Source: Eledone cirrhosa
Lineage: Eukaryota
NCBI GenBank assembly: GCA_964016885.1
Contig: OZ024741.1
Location: 88,598,001 to 88,662,000, forward strand
DNA: 64,000 nucleotides
Reading direction: 5' to 3'
Part shown: piece by piece, positions 12,942-27,038 of the stretch
Numbering within the stretch: the stretch's first letter is position 1
How the letters are laid out: each line of letters opens with the position of its first letter
Program-made: the position numbers and the translations under genes
Notes under the pieces: generated by a model
The model's input: only the letters and a program-made list of their open reading frames with translations
Database searches by the model: none
What the model was told of the DNA's origin: nothing

Positions 12942-13059
12942 ATTTGAAATCCTTTTCTGTGATTAATATAATTCCATCACATACATCACAAATTTTATAT
13001 ACATGTTTATTCTTAGGTTCATCTAGACGAGTTACAACTGGAACTTCTGGGGTTTCATC
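12942..13059 (-). CDS. TRIT1: TRIT1 exon: DETPEVPVVTRLDEPKNKHVYKICDVCDGIILITEKDFK (first half of the C-terminal C2H2/matrin-type zinc finger)
   Basis: CxxC motif where eukaryotic Mod5/TRIT1 has its zinc finger. Acceptor tgcag, donor gtaagt. 118 bp, in phase. Confidence 0.9.
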
Positions 13060-14099
13060 CTGCAGTGAAAGAATTAGATTGGGAAACTTGAAATTTACTG
13101 AATATTTCTATACATAAACATCAACATTGTTAATATGGTTTTTAAAAGAGCGGTGGATTGGCAATATCGGTAGAGCATCATACACCATGCTTTGCAGCAT
13201 AGAGTTATAGCCCTTTGCGTTCTGAGTTCAAATCCGGCCAAGGTTAACTTTGCCTTTCATCCTTACAGGGTCGATAAAATAAAGCACTAGTAATGCACTG
13301 GGGTAATTGCTGGCCTTGTCCCAAAAATAGAAACAATTATTAATATGGTTTTTACAAAAAATTTTTAAGAGTGGTGGTGTTCCTGCAGTGGGTGTGGTTA
13401 ATGAAAACACATCAATTTTATATATCTATACTGTGTTTATGTGGTTTAGAATAGGTACACCGTATCCCTGTGTCATAAGAAGTGACTAAAAGAGTTGACA
13501 TCAGGAAGGGCTTCTGCCTGTAAAACATTGCTTCAAAAAGTCTCATTCAAGCCATGTCAACATGGAGAAGTCAATGTAAAAGCAAATATGTTAATTATCA
13601 CATATTATAATGATATATTTGGATATTTTATGCAAGGTTATTTATATATTCAATTATTTTCCTCTGAACATAAACATATATAATATATTTCAGCTGATCC
13701 AGTTTCTATGATGTCCAAGGAGTTCAATGAAAAGAATAAATTTATATTGTCTGCTGATCCCTCTTTGACTACACATTATATAAATATGTGTAAACATCAT
13801 TAGGTTCACAATTGTAAGGTCATGTGTTCAATTGGCAGCACCTTGTGTCCTTGAACAAGACACTTTATTTTATGTTGCTCAAGTTCACTCAGCTAGCAAA
13901 AGTGAGTTGTACCTATAATTCAAAGGGCCAGCCTTGTCATATAGTGTGTCATGTTGAATTTAAACTGTGTTAAGAGTACACACATGCCTGTGAGGTTCAA
14001 ACAACCGATGGAAGTTCAACACACACATATATATTATATATATATTTTTTTCAAAATAGAGCACAGGAAAAAGACAATGGGAAAATGAACAGTCCGATC

Positions 14100-14270
14100 T
14101 CAGTCAACCTCTGGAAATCACTTCAGTCGTCATTGGACCCCGTACAGCTGAACTCCTCCATAAAATTGGAACGTCGGCAGCCTGTCTGAAGGAGGAGTCC
14201 CGCAAGGTAGGGTGGCTGTTGCTGGCCATTGTCCGTGGAAATGCCTTTGCAGTTTTGTCTAAAGGGCACA
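14100..14270 (+). mobile_element. Divergent CRE-like 3'-end fragment
   Basis: Translates across frames as VIGPRTAELLHKIG...GWL..LAIVRGNAFAVL. Confidence 0.5.
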
Positions 14271-15764
14271 GCCAAAACACCGCCTCGATTTAAGTGTATA
14301 GGCTGTTACCCTCTCCTCTTCCCCCTCTCTTTCATCCGTTGCCTAAGTCCTTGCTCTTCCCCTCATTTATAGCATTTATAGTTATATCCTTTACTTTCCT
14401 ATACAACCAGACCTGCCCTCCTTTACCCCTTCCCCCTTTTTAATTTGGTTTTTATCTTTTTTTAATATTTCCATCATTGTATAAATTGTTTGTAAAATAT
14501 AGTTGACAAAAAGTTGGTGACTTAATACATTGTTTGAAGATATCTTGACAAAGTGAGACAAACTTTATTGATTTTACTTACTGGTAGTCAAGTGAGTCAT
14601 ATAAACACTGTTGAAATGAGGAAGAATAAAAAATATAACTTTTTTTGTTAAAAAAATAATACTTGCTACTTCTGGGTTATTTTAGCTTCCTGCATCTTAA
14701 ATAGGCAATACTTTTTGTAAGTAGTTCTCCAGTTCTTTCTCTTTCAGCGCACTCATTAACTTTTGCCATCAATGTGATAATAATAATTGTTTCTACTTTT
14801 GGCACAAGGCAAGCAATTATCCCAGTACATTACTGGTACTTTATTTTATCGACCAGGTAAGGATGAAAGGCAAAGTTAACCTCGGCGGGATTTGAACTCA
14901 GACCGTAAAGGGCCGTAACTATGCTGCAAAGCATGGCGTCCGACTCTCTACCGATACTGCCAATCCACCGCCACCAATGTGATAATAATAATAAAAACTA
15001 TAGCCGTCACTTGCAATCCAGTATGATTTGGTAGTATGTACCATGCCCTCTCGTAAGCAAACACAGAAACCCTCTCGACGCAACCCAGCGAAACATTCAA
15101 TCATAATGTGACAGCTGGTACTTTCTTTATCAATCTCTAAAGGACGAGAAGAATAGTAGACATCGACGGGATTTGAACTAGGAATGTAGAGACAGGTAAC
15201 AACTATCTAACGACTCTTCTAAATCGACAAATTCCTGCTAACAATGTTAGTACTTCCTTTGGTTGTAGATATATTTTGAAAAATATTTCTTAAAAAATTG
15301 TCTCCGAAATGAGTAGTGTTGACTTTTTTTAATTTTCTCATTAATAAGATGGTGTTTGGAATATAACAAAGGTTTTTAGGTAAATACAAACAATTTAATA
15401 CATTAACAACGATACCACCGAAAGAGGTAACGATGATTAAATGGAGAAGTGCAAGGGACATAACTCTAAACTGCAGCTATTTTCCATCCAGACGACTTGG
15501 AAGTAGAATTTTCGCAGACAATCAAAAACATAGTAAAAAGGACAAATTGAATCAAGCGGCCTGTTTAGATTTATATTCCCAAAGCTGCTTTACATATTAT
15601 ATATTATTTACTCCCGATTTAATTTTATTTGTATTTTAATCTCCACCTCAAAATAACATCCATCGTTGTCTTATCAAGTGGGTGGGTGTGTGTTGATTGA
15701 TGTTCTCTCTCTTTCACTCACGGCCTCCGTCTCTCTCCGCATCTATCACTATTATAAACAAATG

Positions 15765-16400
15765 GGAGCCCACGCGCTGGCCGCCCTAGCGGACAAAATG
15801 GAGAAGGTGTTTCCTAGAGGATGCTGAGGCATATGCGTTGGAAGAGCCATTCCAGCTGGCGAGGCTCACACCTGTTGGAGAGTTAACCTTCCTCAATCCG
15901 AAGTGCAGCAGAGTCTGGGTTAGGCACAGACTGCACCAGGTTGCCACTGGAGAAAGCATCACTGCATGTGGTACCCCAGACGAGGGGTTTACTGCCGTGG
16001 AATGGGAAGCTGGTCATATCGTCTGGCCTTTTGCTGTCCTCTCGGTCCAGCCCCACCAGCTGAAGCTGGGAGGGGAAGCCTGCAGCATCCAAGCCATGCT
16101 TTATGATCTTATTGAGAGCAGCATGACATGGAAGGCGGCCAACACTAGCAATAGGACAGCAGGTGGAGGCCGAAAGAGTCTACAGTGAATCCACAATTAC
16201 ATTTGTGTGGCTTGCAGATCCGGAGGCCGAGCCTCAGGGAAACCTTAATTTGTAGGCTATCGTTATTCAGCTGCATGCTAGTCGAAAAGGAAGATAAAGC
16301 ATTGAGCCAGGCATAGCTATGGGGTTGTGAGGCGGTGCTGGTCGAGTTGGCGCACTAGCCTGACCAAGGCCCTGCCAGATTGGATGGCATCCCATATACT
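15765..16400 (-). mobile_element. Second, more decayed CRE-like RLE fragment
   Basis: ORF 15883..16092 (DAAGFPSQLQLVGLDREDSKRPDDMTSFPFHGSKPLVWGTTC) retains the RPD motif and is collinear with the 9.9-10.5 kb copy. Confidence 0.75.
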
Positions 16401-16837
16401 CTGATTTTCAAATAATTTTGAGGGATTTAGTAATAAAACATTTTCATTATTAATTTGATATTTGGAACATAACTTTAACAAACGTTCTTTCATAGAATTG
16501 TAATGGAAGGTAAATAATATGAATACACTAAAAAAATAAAGTATTGTACCATGCTAGTGTGGAAAATTCGATGTAAAACACGATAATATGAATAAAGTGA
16601 GAAGAATAAATTGGTAAGCGACTTAGGTGGAGGTCGTCTTATGCTAGCAATAACTAAAGAACTCCAGGGGGAGAAAATGGAATTACAGGTATAAATTTGG
16701 AGAGGAGCTTATGAAAGAAGGAACTACAATGATTAAAGGTTTTTTGTGCGTGTGTGTATGTGTGTGTCTGCAGTCATGACAAGATTAGTTTTTTACTTAT
16801 TTGATATATGAAACAAATTTCAACATAGTGTGTTTAC

Positions 16838-16947
16838 CTTCATCATGGCATGTAGAACTTCTACAGCTGGGTTGAGAACTTGCTTTTGCCATTCTGTGAC
16901 ATCCGTTCCATCAAATGCATATACTGGTGGAGTATTATCAGCTGAAC
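16838..16947 (-). CDS. TRIT1: TRIT1 exon: (R)SADNTPPVYAFDGTDVTEWQKQVLNPAVEVLHAMMK
   Basis: PPVY....D...W...VL.PA pattern of metazoan TRIT1. Acceptor cacag, donor gtaaac. 110 bp, in phase. Confidence 0.92.
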
Positions 16948-16968
16948 CTGTGTAAATAATAATAATCA

Positions 16969-19067
16969 TCATCATCGTTTAACGTCCATCTTCCACGCTT
17001 GCATGGGTTTGGACGGGAGTTTTCCCACTTGAGGCAAGATTGGTTGTCCTGCTTGTATAGGACTGTCTGGCGGGTTTTCTATGGCTGGATGCCCTTCCTA
17101 ACACCAACCACGTTTACAGTGTGGAATGGGAGGTTTTTACCGTGTTACCTACACGGCCACATTACAGTGTGGACTGTTTGTTTTTTTGTTGTGACACCTA
17201 CACGCCCTCATTTGTTTCGGACTGGATGTTGTGGTACCAACATAACTTCACATTTAAGTGGGTGGTGTGGATGGGGTGGGGGTAGTGGGACGGGGGTGTA
17301 TTTTGTTAGAGGTGCCTACTGACTGTAGGTTTCGCTTTGTACTTAGGCAAGGCGGGTCTTCTGTATGACTGTGTAGCGCCAAAGATCTCGGTCCAGTGAC
17401 ATTGTCTTGGAGAGGTGTAAGTGTGTGAGGTCGGAATTTATCAAGTCATCCTAGGTTTTTCTGGGTCTGCCTACTCCGTGGCTACCGTCTATTTTTATCG
17501 CCCTGTACTTTTTTATACAGCTGTCGTCTTTCATGCGCATCACGTGACCGTACCAACGTAGTCGTCTCTCGAGTAAACAACATCTGATCCCTAATTTCTC
17601 CCTTAGTTCGTTTATGCTTTGCCGTTCACGTATATTACTATTACACATCCAGCGGAACATGCAAGCTTCGTTTCTCTCCAGTCTGCGTATATCCTCTGCA
17701 CACAATGCCCAGGTCTCACTGCCATGTAACATTGCTGTTCGTATGCAGGCATCATACAGCCTGCTTTTCATTTTTAGAGAGAACCCTTTAGCGGCCAATA
17801 GTGGTATAAGCTCTCTGAACTTTTTCCATCCCGTTCTGACTCTAGCTACTGTACTTTCAGAGCACCCTCCCCCACTGCTTATTTTGTCACCCAGGTAACG
17901 GAAGGTGCCCACTATTTCTATAGAACCATCTGTGCAATGGAATGAGCTAGTATTCTGTGGGCACTTGCTGCTACTTATTGCACCAGAGCACCGGCCACAT
18001 ATAAAATCTATATTCTTAGTTAGCTTACCTGTGATCCCACTGCATCTTTTATGCACCCATACTTTGCATTTGGGACATAAAATGGAGTTTCTGCCTACTC
18101 CTTTCCTACACACTGAGCATAGCCATTTCCCAGATGGGACCGGTGCCCTATTTTCCTTCCTACAAACTAGAACTTTAGTCTTAGACAAGTTAACTTTAAG
18201 GCCTTTTGATTCTAGGCCATGCTTCCATGTTTAGAATTTCTTCTCTAGTTCAGCCATTGATTCAGCTATGAGTGTTAGATCATCTGCGTATAGGAGTTCC
18301 CATGGGCAGCCAGTCTTGAACTCCTCTGTTATAGCCTGAAGGGCAATAATAAATAGTAGGGGGCGAAGAATAGAGCCCTGATGAACACCAACTTTTACGC
18401 TAAACTCTTCACTATATTCGTTGTTAATTCTAACCTTGCTGACTGTTTCTTTATACATGGCTTGTATAGCTCTCACAAGCCATTCATCAACACCTAGTTT
18501 TCTAAGAGCCCACCAGATAATGGAGTGGGGGACTCTGTCAAAGGCTTTCTCCAAGTCTTCAAAAGCTAAGTATAGGGGTTTACTTTTAGCTAGGTACTTC
18601 TCCTGTAGTTGTCGTACAATGAAAAGAGCGTCTGTAGTACTTTTACCCGACACAAACCCGAACTGCATTACTTCTTCTGTGACCTTCATGACCTGGTCGA
18701 TTAATTTAATGCCGCTATAGTTACCCCTATCTAGGGCATCTCCTTTACCCTTGTAGCAGTTAATGATGATGCTGCTACACCAGTCCTTCGGAACGGCCCC
18801 ATTCTGTATGACTTGGTTTACTATCCGGGTGACCATAGTGTGTCTCACCGTTGCAGATGCTTTCAGCATTTCAGCAACTATTTCCGAAGGCCCAGCCGCC
18901 TTACCCGTCTTCATATCTTTGATTGCCTTACTTATTATACTACCTTCAACTAGCACTGCTGGTCCCTCTATTGGATCGATGTGGGGGAGACTGTCTTTCT
19001 CCCATTTATTCTCCTCATTTCGTAGCCTTTCGTAGTGACACTTCCAAGCTATCTTCTTATCGGCGTC
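16969..19067 (-). mobile_element. 5'-truncated RTE-clade LINE with an RT domain, a Cys-rich insert and a 3' UTR ending in a (GAT)n tail
   Basis: ORFs 18231..19076 (MQFGF..GKSTTDA, DLEKAFDRV, GVHQGS, LLYADD) and 17451..18188 (C..C..GVGRNSI.C..C..WVHKRC, RRLRWYGHVMRM, GRPRKT) lie in the same frame and are separated by one stop. Candidate TSD aataatca at 16961-16968 and 19068-19075. Confidence 0.92.
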
Positions 19068-21766
19068 AATAATCACTTATATTATAATACAAGAAGGTAT
19101 AACCATTAAAAGCTTCAAATATCTACAGTGAAACATATGCATATTCATTATACACAAACAATGTATATGCTTTCTTATACACCTCTATTGTATGTGTGGA
19201 CCCCTTTAACCCTTAAACATTTACATTACTCTATATTTACTATTGTATTTTTGTGGTATAGTCTTTATCTTACATAATATCGAATCTGCGAGATTTTGAT
19301 GTTATTTATTTTGAGAACAATACCTTAATGTCAGTATGAGCAAACAGAAATAGGTGAGAGAATTTTGGTTGGATACAGCCAGTTTAAATGTTAAAGGGTT
19401 AACGTTTTAGCATTACTCTCTATATATACTGTTGTATTATAATATCGAATCTACAAGATTTTGATGTTATTTATTTTGAGAACATCAGTATGATGGTTGG
19501 TTTGAACAGAAAAAGGTGAGAGAATTCTGGCCGGATATGGCTGGTTTAAATGCTAAAGGGTTAAACCTGGGCAGAGCCCATCCTCTCTCCATTCCAGAGA
19601 GAGAGAGAAGACCACAGTTCTGGATTGGTACTTTATAAAGTTGTCCTCAACTGTTTTTGAACTCAGAGGGTACAGAGCAGGAATGAATATTGCATTCTAA
19701 CAACCACCAATTCACTACCTATATGAAAAGATCAAATATTCAAACAAAGATCTTAGTTTACGGCTACAGTCTACTTCAAGCTATCTAGTCCCTGAAAATA
19801 CTTGTCTAATAACTCTGGAATGTTACAACACTATATTAGAAACACTGATTGGATAATGTAGGAGAGATAAACACACACTGATGTTGTTGGACCTTTGTTG
19901 TATCTGATGATGAGTGCTCCAGTTGATTCAATTAACATGTAAGTGGTTGAGCATTTCACAGACACATGCACTCTTAATGGAGTTCTCAGAGAAATTCAGC
20001 ATGACCAATGTGAATTACAGGTAAAACACCTTTTTCAGTCTGGTAATTGAACTCATAAGCCCAGTACCATAACCACTGCATCACATGCTTTCATAACATA
20101 TACAGATGCACAAACGACATATTTACAATTGTAAAGTGGTCGTGGAGGTGCCACGGCAAAAAGCACCCAGCACTCACTGTAAATGAGGTTGGTGTTAGGA
20201 AGGGCATCCAGCTGTAGAAATCAAGCCAGAATCAGTTCCCGTATGAGCAAGTCAAGGTCAGCCGAACGGACGTAAAACGGTGATGATGATGAACTATGGC
20301 AGTTCAAGCCATGTACAGTGGAGCAGTCAGCAAGGTTATAATTAATGGTTATAGTGAGGAATTTAGGGTGCAAGTGGGGGTCTGTTCTTAGCCCCCTCCT
20401 GTTTATTATTGTCCTGCAAGCCTTAATGGGAGAGTTCAAAACTGGCTACCCATGGGAGCCCCTTCTCTCTTAATGCTCCATCCATCACCAACTAAGTACC
20501 CCTTTTTAGACCTACCTCTCAAATTCCCTTCCTGCATACATGCACCCTCCACATCTGATACACCTTGTTTGTCCAATCCATGTATGCAAGCACGGAAAGC
20601 TGGACACACTCCTCCACAATGCTACTGAAATGGCCAAAAGCTCCCAGCTTACCCTGTAAAGTGGTTGTGTTGCTGATATGACAAAAAGCATCCAGTCCAC
20701 ACTAAATATGGTTGGTGTTAGGAAGGGCATTCAGCCATAGAAACCAAGCCAGAAACAGTTCTGTGTGAGCAAGACATGGTAATCTGATCTGACTTGTCTC
20801 ACTATGGGACAACTCGTCTAACCTATGCTAGTGTGGAAAAATGGACATTAAATGGACATGATGAACCATACTCAATGTTTCCTAAGGAATCATACAACTA
20901 ATTCCATCTTCTACATTTCTGCTAGGTGTTTTGATGAAAAATGAACTGAACAGGCTATGTCATAACTACTATAGTTTACACTCTACTCATAACAAAGAGC
21001 CTCTGTATGATCACTTGACCTGCTAGAAATAACCAAGTCTCCCTCAAATCAATCCATAACATTTTAAATAAAGTAAAAAAATATTAGGAAATCATAGTTT
21101 TAAAACTGACAGGATGGTGGTGACTGAAATGCTTTTGGTGTGGTTTGACATGAAGGTTAAACAACTTTTTGCACAAATGTCTAGAATCTGCAATTCCCTA
21201 AATAGTGGTAACACTAGGATCATGAATTTCAAACATCTTCAGAAAATATACCTGAAATCTGATAGGTATATGATATTATAGTCACACCCTCCCACCATAC
21301 TCAAGATATGTGTACACTTATTCTAAAATTAACCCTTTAAAAGTACGACCCATCATCACACTCAACAATATAAATACTACACACAAGCAAAAAGTACTAT
21401 AAATTACATACAACACATTAACATTTTCTGCATATTCTTGGGCATCATAAATTATGAGGCTGACATTTGAGAGTCGTTTTTATTGTACAATCCTGCAGAA
21501 AATTTCGATATTATAATTTACAAGTTCTTAAAATATGAGGGTCTCTTTTTTTCTATTTTGAGACTCTTTAACCTAACGAGAGTTACGTCCCCTGAGCTAT
21601 CCCAAATAATTTCCAGTGGTGTAAATCAATGCATTTGAGCAGTAGGAACAAAATTATAATTACATGGGTGGTTGGTTTGTTTTATTAGAACTATGGTAAT
21701 GAAAGGGTTAATCGACAACTTCTGTGACATGTATTTATCTAAGTGGTACTATCAACAAATACTTAC

Positions 21767-21844
21767 GTTTTAGAAGCCTGTTGTTCATCCAGCGGATCTG
21801 CTTTTTTGCATACTTGCGAGTCACTCTTTTTAAATCTTCAACAC
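21767..21844 (-). CDS. TRIT1: TRIT1 exon: (G)VEDLKRVTRKYAKKQIRWMNNRLLK(R)
   Basis: TRxYAKxQxxW motif of MiaA/Mod5/TRIT1. Acceptor aacag, donor gtaagt. 78 bp, in phase. Confidence 0.95.
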
Positions 21845-21987
21845 CTGTTTAAAAATAAAAAATAAAACTGAAATGCTAATGAGCCTAGGAATCAGAGAAG
21901 CTTGGGTGAGAAATATAATTGGATTAAGCGTCAAAGGAAGTTTTCTTATATTCTATCCATTTCTTTCTAGATTTTAGAGTTACAGCC

Positions 21988-22051
21988 CTGTGACAGGTTA
22001 TTGCTATGATACCACAGTACTGTGACAGGTTATTGCTATGATACCACAGTA
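21988..22051. repeat. Perfect 32-bp tandem duplication
   Basis: ctgtgacaggttattgctatgataccacagta occurs twice. Confidence 0.9.
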
Positions 22052-24910
22052 AAGTGGGTTGGTGTTAGGAAGGACATCCAGTCATAGAAACCAAGCTAAA
22101 AACAGAGCATACGAGCAAGATATGGTGAACTTCTGTATGTGACTACCTGTATAACCAATGCAAGCATGGAAAATAGGTGTTAAACAGTGGTGATGATGAT
22201 TGGATACACCTCTTCTATATATTATCATTTGTTGGATATCTATATGGAAATAAGGATTATAATGCTATTATCACTGAGATATCATGACACTTATATTGTA
22301 ATGTGAGATATACTACATTCATATTGCAGTTCAGGGATTGATTTTCAGAAAAATCTTTTCCATGGCCCATGTTGAAGTTTTAAAGCTATCTATCAGAAAA
22401 AAAACATTATATTACAAAAGAAGGGCCTTGCTCTTTCCCTATTGACACAACCTCCGTATATTACTAGTACTGGATGAAATGCAAGATTTCAAGTCAGCCA
22501 TATTAGCTTCTGAAATTGAAGTATCAAGTCCATCTCTACCCTCCGTACCAACATCACTCTTTATAAATGGAAAATATTCAATAGAGAGATTACGCAGTAT
22601 CTATTGTTACATTGTTCATTTTAGTAATTGATGTCTCTTACATTACTACATTACTACTACTACTGTACAGCAGTGTTACCAATGTGTATATCATATATCT
22701 GCATGAGTCGGGAATTCAGGTAACTAATTGTAAATATAGAACACTGAAGAGTGCAACAGAGGAAGAAAGTGTGTGAACAGCAACACGAGATTCGCTATGA
22801 CATTTTACTATACAAAATTATTAAATATCCTTTAGAAAAGCATAAACGTCATACACACACACACTTCTTCTTTTTGAGGGGTTGCAGATGCTGAGTCCTC
22901 AGGCATGCGTTTCAGAGAGTCTATCAGAAACAACCATCTCCAAGCGAAACCAACCGAGCTTATGGATGTTATACAACCACCCTGCTCGTGATCTACCTCT
23001 CAGTTTTCTAATACTTGTCTGTAAAATCTTTCCAGCGATATGTCACGATCAATAGGTCTCGTGTTCGACCCCACTGCTTAACATCTTAGATAGGTGTCAT
23101 TTACCAGAGCCTCGGGTCGATTCAAAACTTGTGAGTAAGATCGGGTAGACGGAAACTGTTTGGAAGCCCGTCAGATGGGCCAGTCTTGTAACACACTGGC
23201 ACCCCGAATTTCCGAGAGTTACGTTATGTGGAATGCTCAGCCACTTGCATGTTAACTTCACTCGCAGGTCGTTCCGTTAATCGACTAGAACAGTCATCGT
23301 TGAAATCGACGAAGGTTCATTTCGTTTAATTTCTACTATCATGTCTTCCGTTTCTCTAAGCAAACAAGCTGTGTATACCGCACATTTTCTCCCCTCTTTT
23401 TCTTGTTTGTTTTTGGAATGCGCGGTATACTCATGACTAAATGTTATACACCAAAACTAGGCTTTTCCAGACATATTCTGCTTCTCAGAAAGGGGTGCGC
23501 GTTATACACGGTACCTCTATCCAATACACCCACCCCTACTCCACCAATCGTCGCTACTTTATCAAACCCCGTATTTAAACACTACCCAATCCTTTTAACA
23601 AAAACAAAATTGTTTTCTACTTAAACGAAGATAAGAATAAATATAATATATTTAACAAAAGACGACTCAATATGGATTAAAACTACATAGTTTAGTTTGA
23701 TAATAAACATGTCTAGCTGATTTTCTTTCATGCTGAGAATTCACTTAGTAAATTGCTACAATTTCTGTTTGATAAACAGTAAGCCATTAAAGACAACTAG
23801 TGGGGGTGGGGGGGTTAGAGTTACTTCCCTTGGACCATAATGCCTTCGCCTTGCCTGTAGTGTAAATGCGACGAATTGCCAGCGTCGTTAGGGTATCAGA
23901 TTAAAAATGTCACGCTATTTGTTCCAGCTCACAGCGCTCTGAGTTCAAATCCAGTCGAGGCCAACTTTAGTTTTCATTCTTTTGAGGTCGATAAAGTGCC
24001 AGTTCAGTACTGGAATCGGTTCTTCCTTACATAAGGAAGGAATTGGCTGGAGAGGGACGGGCTCCATCAAGGTGTAAAATGCCCAAGATACCGCTTGTCA
24101 GAGGCGAACCCTCGACTCCACCAGCAGTTAAACGCCGTTTATCTATCTATTTATTGTACTGCAAAGCAAAGGAAACGTCTGCTATTACAATGCCTTTCCT
24201 TCATTCACAGGTTTTTTTTTTTGTTATTTCGACCAACTAAATACTCCGCTTGAAGCGTTACGACCCACGACCCACAGACCTATCTTATTTTACGAATCAT
24301 AAATAAGTCGTCTCTTTGTAAGTTAAAACTCAAGGGAATGAAAATTATCTGCCATAAAACAAGTACCTGTAATATATTAGGTCTATTGAATCGCTTACAC
24401 CTTTCCTAGAAAAAAACAGTCCTGTACCTAGTCGTCGGACAAAATGTCCTTTACGTTCTGAGTTCAAATACTGCAACGGTCAATTTTGCATTTCATCCTT
24501 CCGGGTTCAATTTATAATCATCCTAGGTTGTCGTCATATAACGTCCGTTTTCCCTGCTAGCAACAGTTGGATTGGTCGTCATAGATCAAGTCAGTACTGA
24601 TCTCTCAGACAGGTCGGGAACAGCATCTCGCTTACATAAGTTGCCACGCTCTACTTGGTGCAGTGGGGATATATTTTATCGTATTTAGTCAATGAGATTT
24701 CTGAGGTGGCTCACTGCATTCAGTCTGGTGCGGTCACTGCCGAAAAGTGTCAACAAAATGCTGTATTCTGTTATGAAGACATCAAATACGTTTTTATGGG
24801 GGGGGGGGGGGGGTACACGTGGTTTTGCAACATGCAAATTATTCCTAGTATTGAATCCAATCCTACTGAAATGGCAGTTGCGTTGAGTGTGACACGTGAT
24901 TCGTATGGAG

Positions 24911-25278
24911 CAGTGGTTCCCCAGCCGTTTTGCATGAAAGGGCCACATTAACATTCCAAATTTAGATGAGGGCCGCTTATTAAAATTATCGAAGACAGTT
25001 CACGTTTTTATGCTGATAGACTTGTACTTAAAATTGCCGCGTTTTCAATCAGAAACTCATTAAACACGCATATTTGTTTCCGGCAAAGTCTTTTGAACTC
25101 TATTGCATTATCTATTGCATTATCTATATGTTGAAGGACATAGAGAAACACACGTTTTTTGTTCTTTTTTTAAGTTGCGTTGCCTATATGTCGAAATGTT
25201 TTCCACACTCATATATACATATGAAGTGAGACTGAGAGACAGACAAGCAGGTTCCCTTTACCAAGTTGGGGATCCCTG
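24911..25278. mobile_element. hAT-type MITE
   Basis: Ends cagtggttcccca and ttggggatccctg. The 8-bp TSD is gtatggag / gtatagag. Confidence 0.75.
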
Positions 25279-26301
25279 GTATAGAGTACACCGAGCACCA
25301 TAAGATCATACTGTACAGGAAGCTGAAGTGTAGCGTCATCTTAATAAGGCGGATGGATTGATTGCGTAGAAGACAGCAACCAGTTGCGAACTATAAAGAA
25401 AACAAGTAAAGAGAGAAAAGGCTAGGCCAGATCCATTGTATTAGTTCTTCTGACAATATTCTGCAACATATGCATGTAGCATCACCTTTAGTCAGACGAA
25501 AGAGCGAAACATCATTAATGGAGTTCATTAAAAACAAGTCTTATCTGCTCCCAACTCATACTTGCTGGCGTTCTATGACCGAGTATTTCTAGTAAATTTC
25601 TATCTACATTTCACTCAGAAGGCATTGGTCAACCCAAAGCGACGCACAATGGGATGCGAACGTATCAACTACACAGCCATGCCCTTTGCCTTTCATCCTT
25701 ACGGGGTCGATAAAATAAAGTACCAGTAATGCACTGGTGAATTGCTAGCCTTGTGCCTAAAGTAGAAACAATTATTAAACTAGACATAAGCACTGGCCCT
25801 TATAAGACACACCAGAATTTAGGAGGAATTTCGTTTTCCATCAAAACTTTGTGAATATTGTCTTATAGATATTTTAAATGGTTGTTTAGAGAGAGAAGGA
25901 ATGATGGATAAGATCTTTAGTAAGTACTATGTGATGGTATGTAAGGAAACGTTTGAATAGCACCCAACTTTAATAGCCCCATGGGCAATTATATTACTTT
26001 CGGACATCACTGACTCTGAAAACCGCCCGTGGTCGTAACATTTAACGTTTGCTTGTTCACTAAACCAGGCTACGCATAGCTTAGTGGTTAGGGTGTTTTG
26101 CTGGCGATCGTAGGATCATTGTCGAGCTGAATTCACTTTTTATGTGCCTATTTGTAACCATAAATATTCATGAATCTGCATGGTCACCTTTTAGATGGCA
26201 AGCAAAAGAAATTCTTTATTGATTAAAAAAAAATTAACTATCGTTGATTTGGTGGTTATTTTAAACAGCTATAATCCATCATTTATAAACTATAATCTCT
26301 T

Positions 26302-26334
<33 letters not shown>

Positions 26335-26984
26335 TTTTCAAATCATTCCTTTAACTTAACATTTAGCAGAAAATATCTAAAAAAAATGTTTGTAGTATCG
26401 TTACTAGACTTCAATTTTTAATGTAGATGCTGTTTTAACCCGTTTCAAGAATGCGTTGCGAATGCAGTTTCGTGTAGTTCAGGACATAAAGAGTTAATGA
26501 TGAATATATTCTACAGTTTCCCATGTTCTTTTTGGGAGTATCCAATGTTTGTCAAGAATAGAGACATGCTTGCATAAAACGACATATACCTGCTGGCATA
26601 TAACCGTCCAAAAGGAATTCGGAGGAAATGTATGCAAGTATTCTTTAATGGATATTAAAATTATGTTAGATATTCAAATAAGTAGGTAGAAAGACTACAA
26701 AAGCAGTTTATGATCTAGTTTCCTGTTAACATTGCCTGTCCAGAAAATTCATTTATACCCATTCGAAGACAAATCATTGGATATTCTTAACTAAGACATT
26801 AAAAACTGCAGGATTCTCTGCCATACAAGACTGATTATTTTGACGTGCAGTTAACCCTTGTTTGTGTAGTTTTCTAAACCAAATTTTCTGAAGTAAGTCT
26901 ACATTTGGGGTCTAACACTACAATGCGCTTACATGGTAAACGATGGTTAAAAGATTACAAACGCTTCTCAGAATAAGAGAATAT

Positions 26985-27038
<54 letters not shown>

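Noticed and set aside
20130-20242. Near-identical segment of about 110 bp also present at about 45454-45568
   Set aside because: Part of the abundant RTE-tail/SINE family (gttggtgttaggaagggcatccagc), not a locus-specific duplication.
22740-22802. Possible plus-strand hammerhead (CTGAAGA-GTG...CAC-GAGA)
   Set aside because: The GAAA core reads GAGA, and stems I and III are not convincing. At most a decayed Penelope end.
26510-26640. Exon-like segment (ttctacag ... gtatgc) in the TRIT1 intron
   Set aside because: No recognisable protein motif in any frame and no partner exon; the TRIT1 frame is complete without it.
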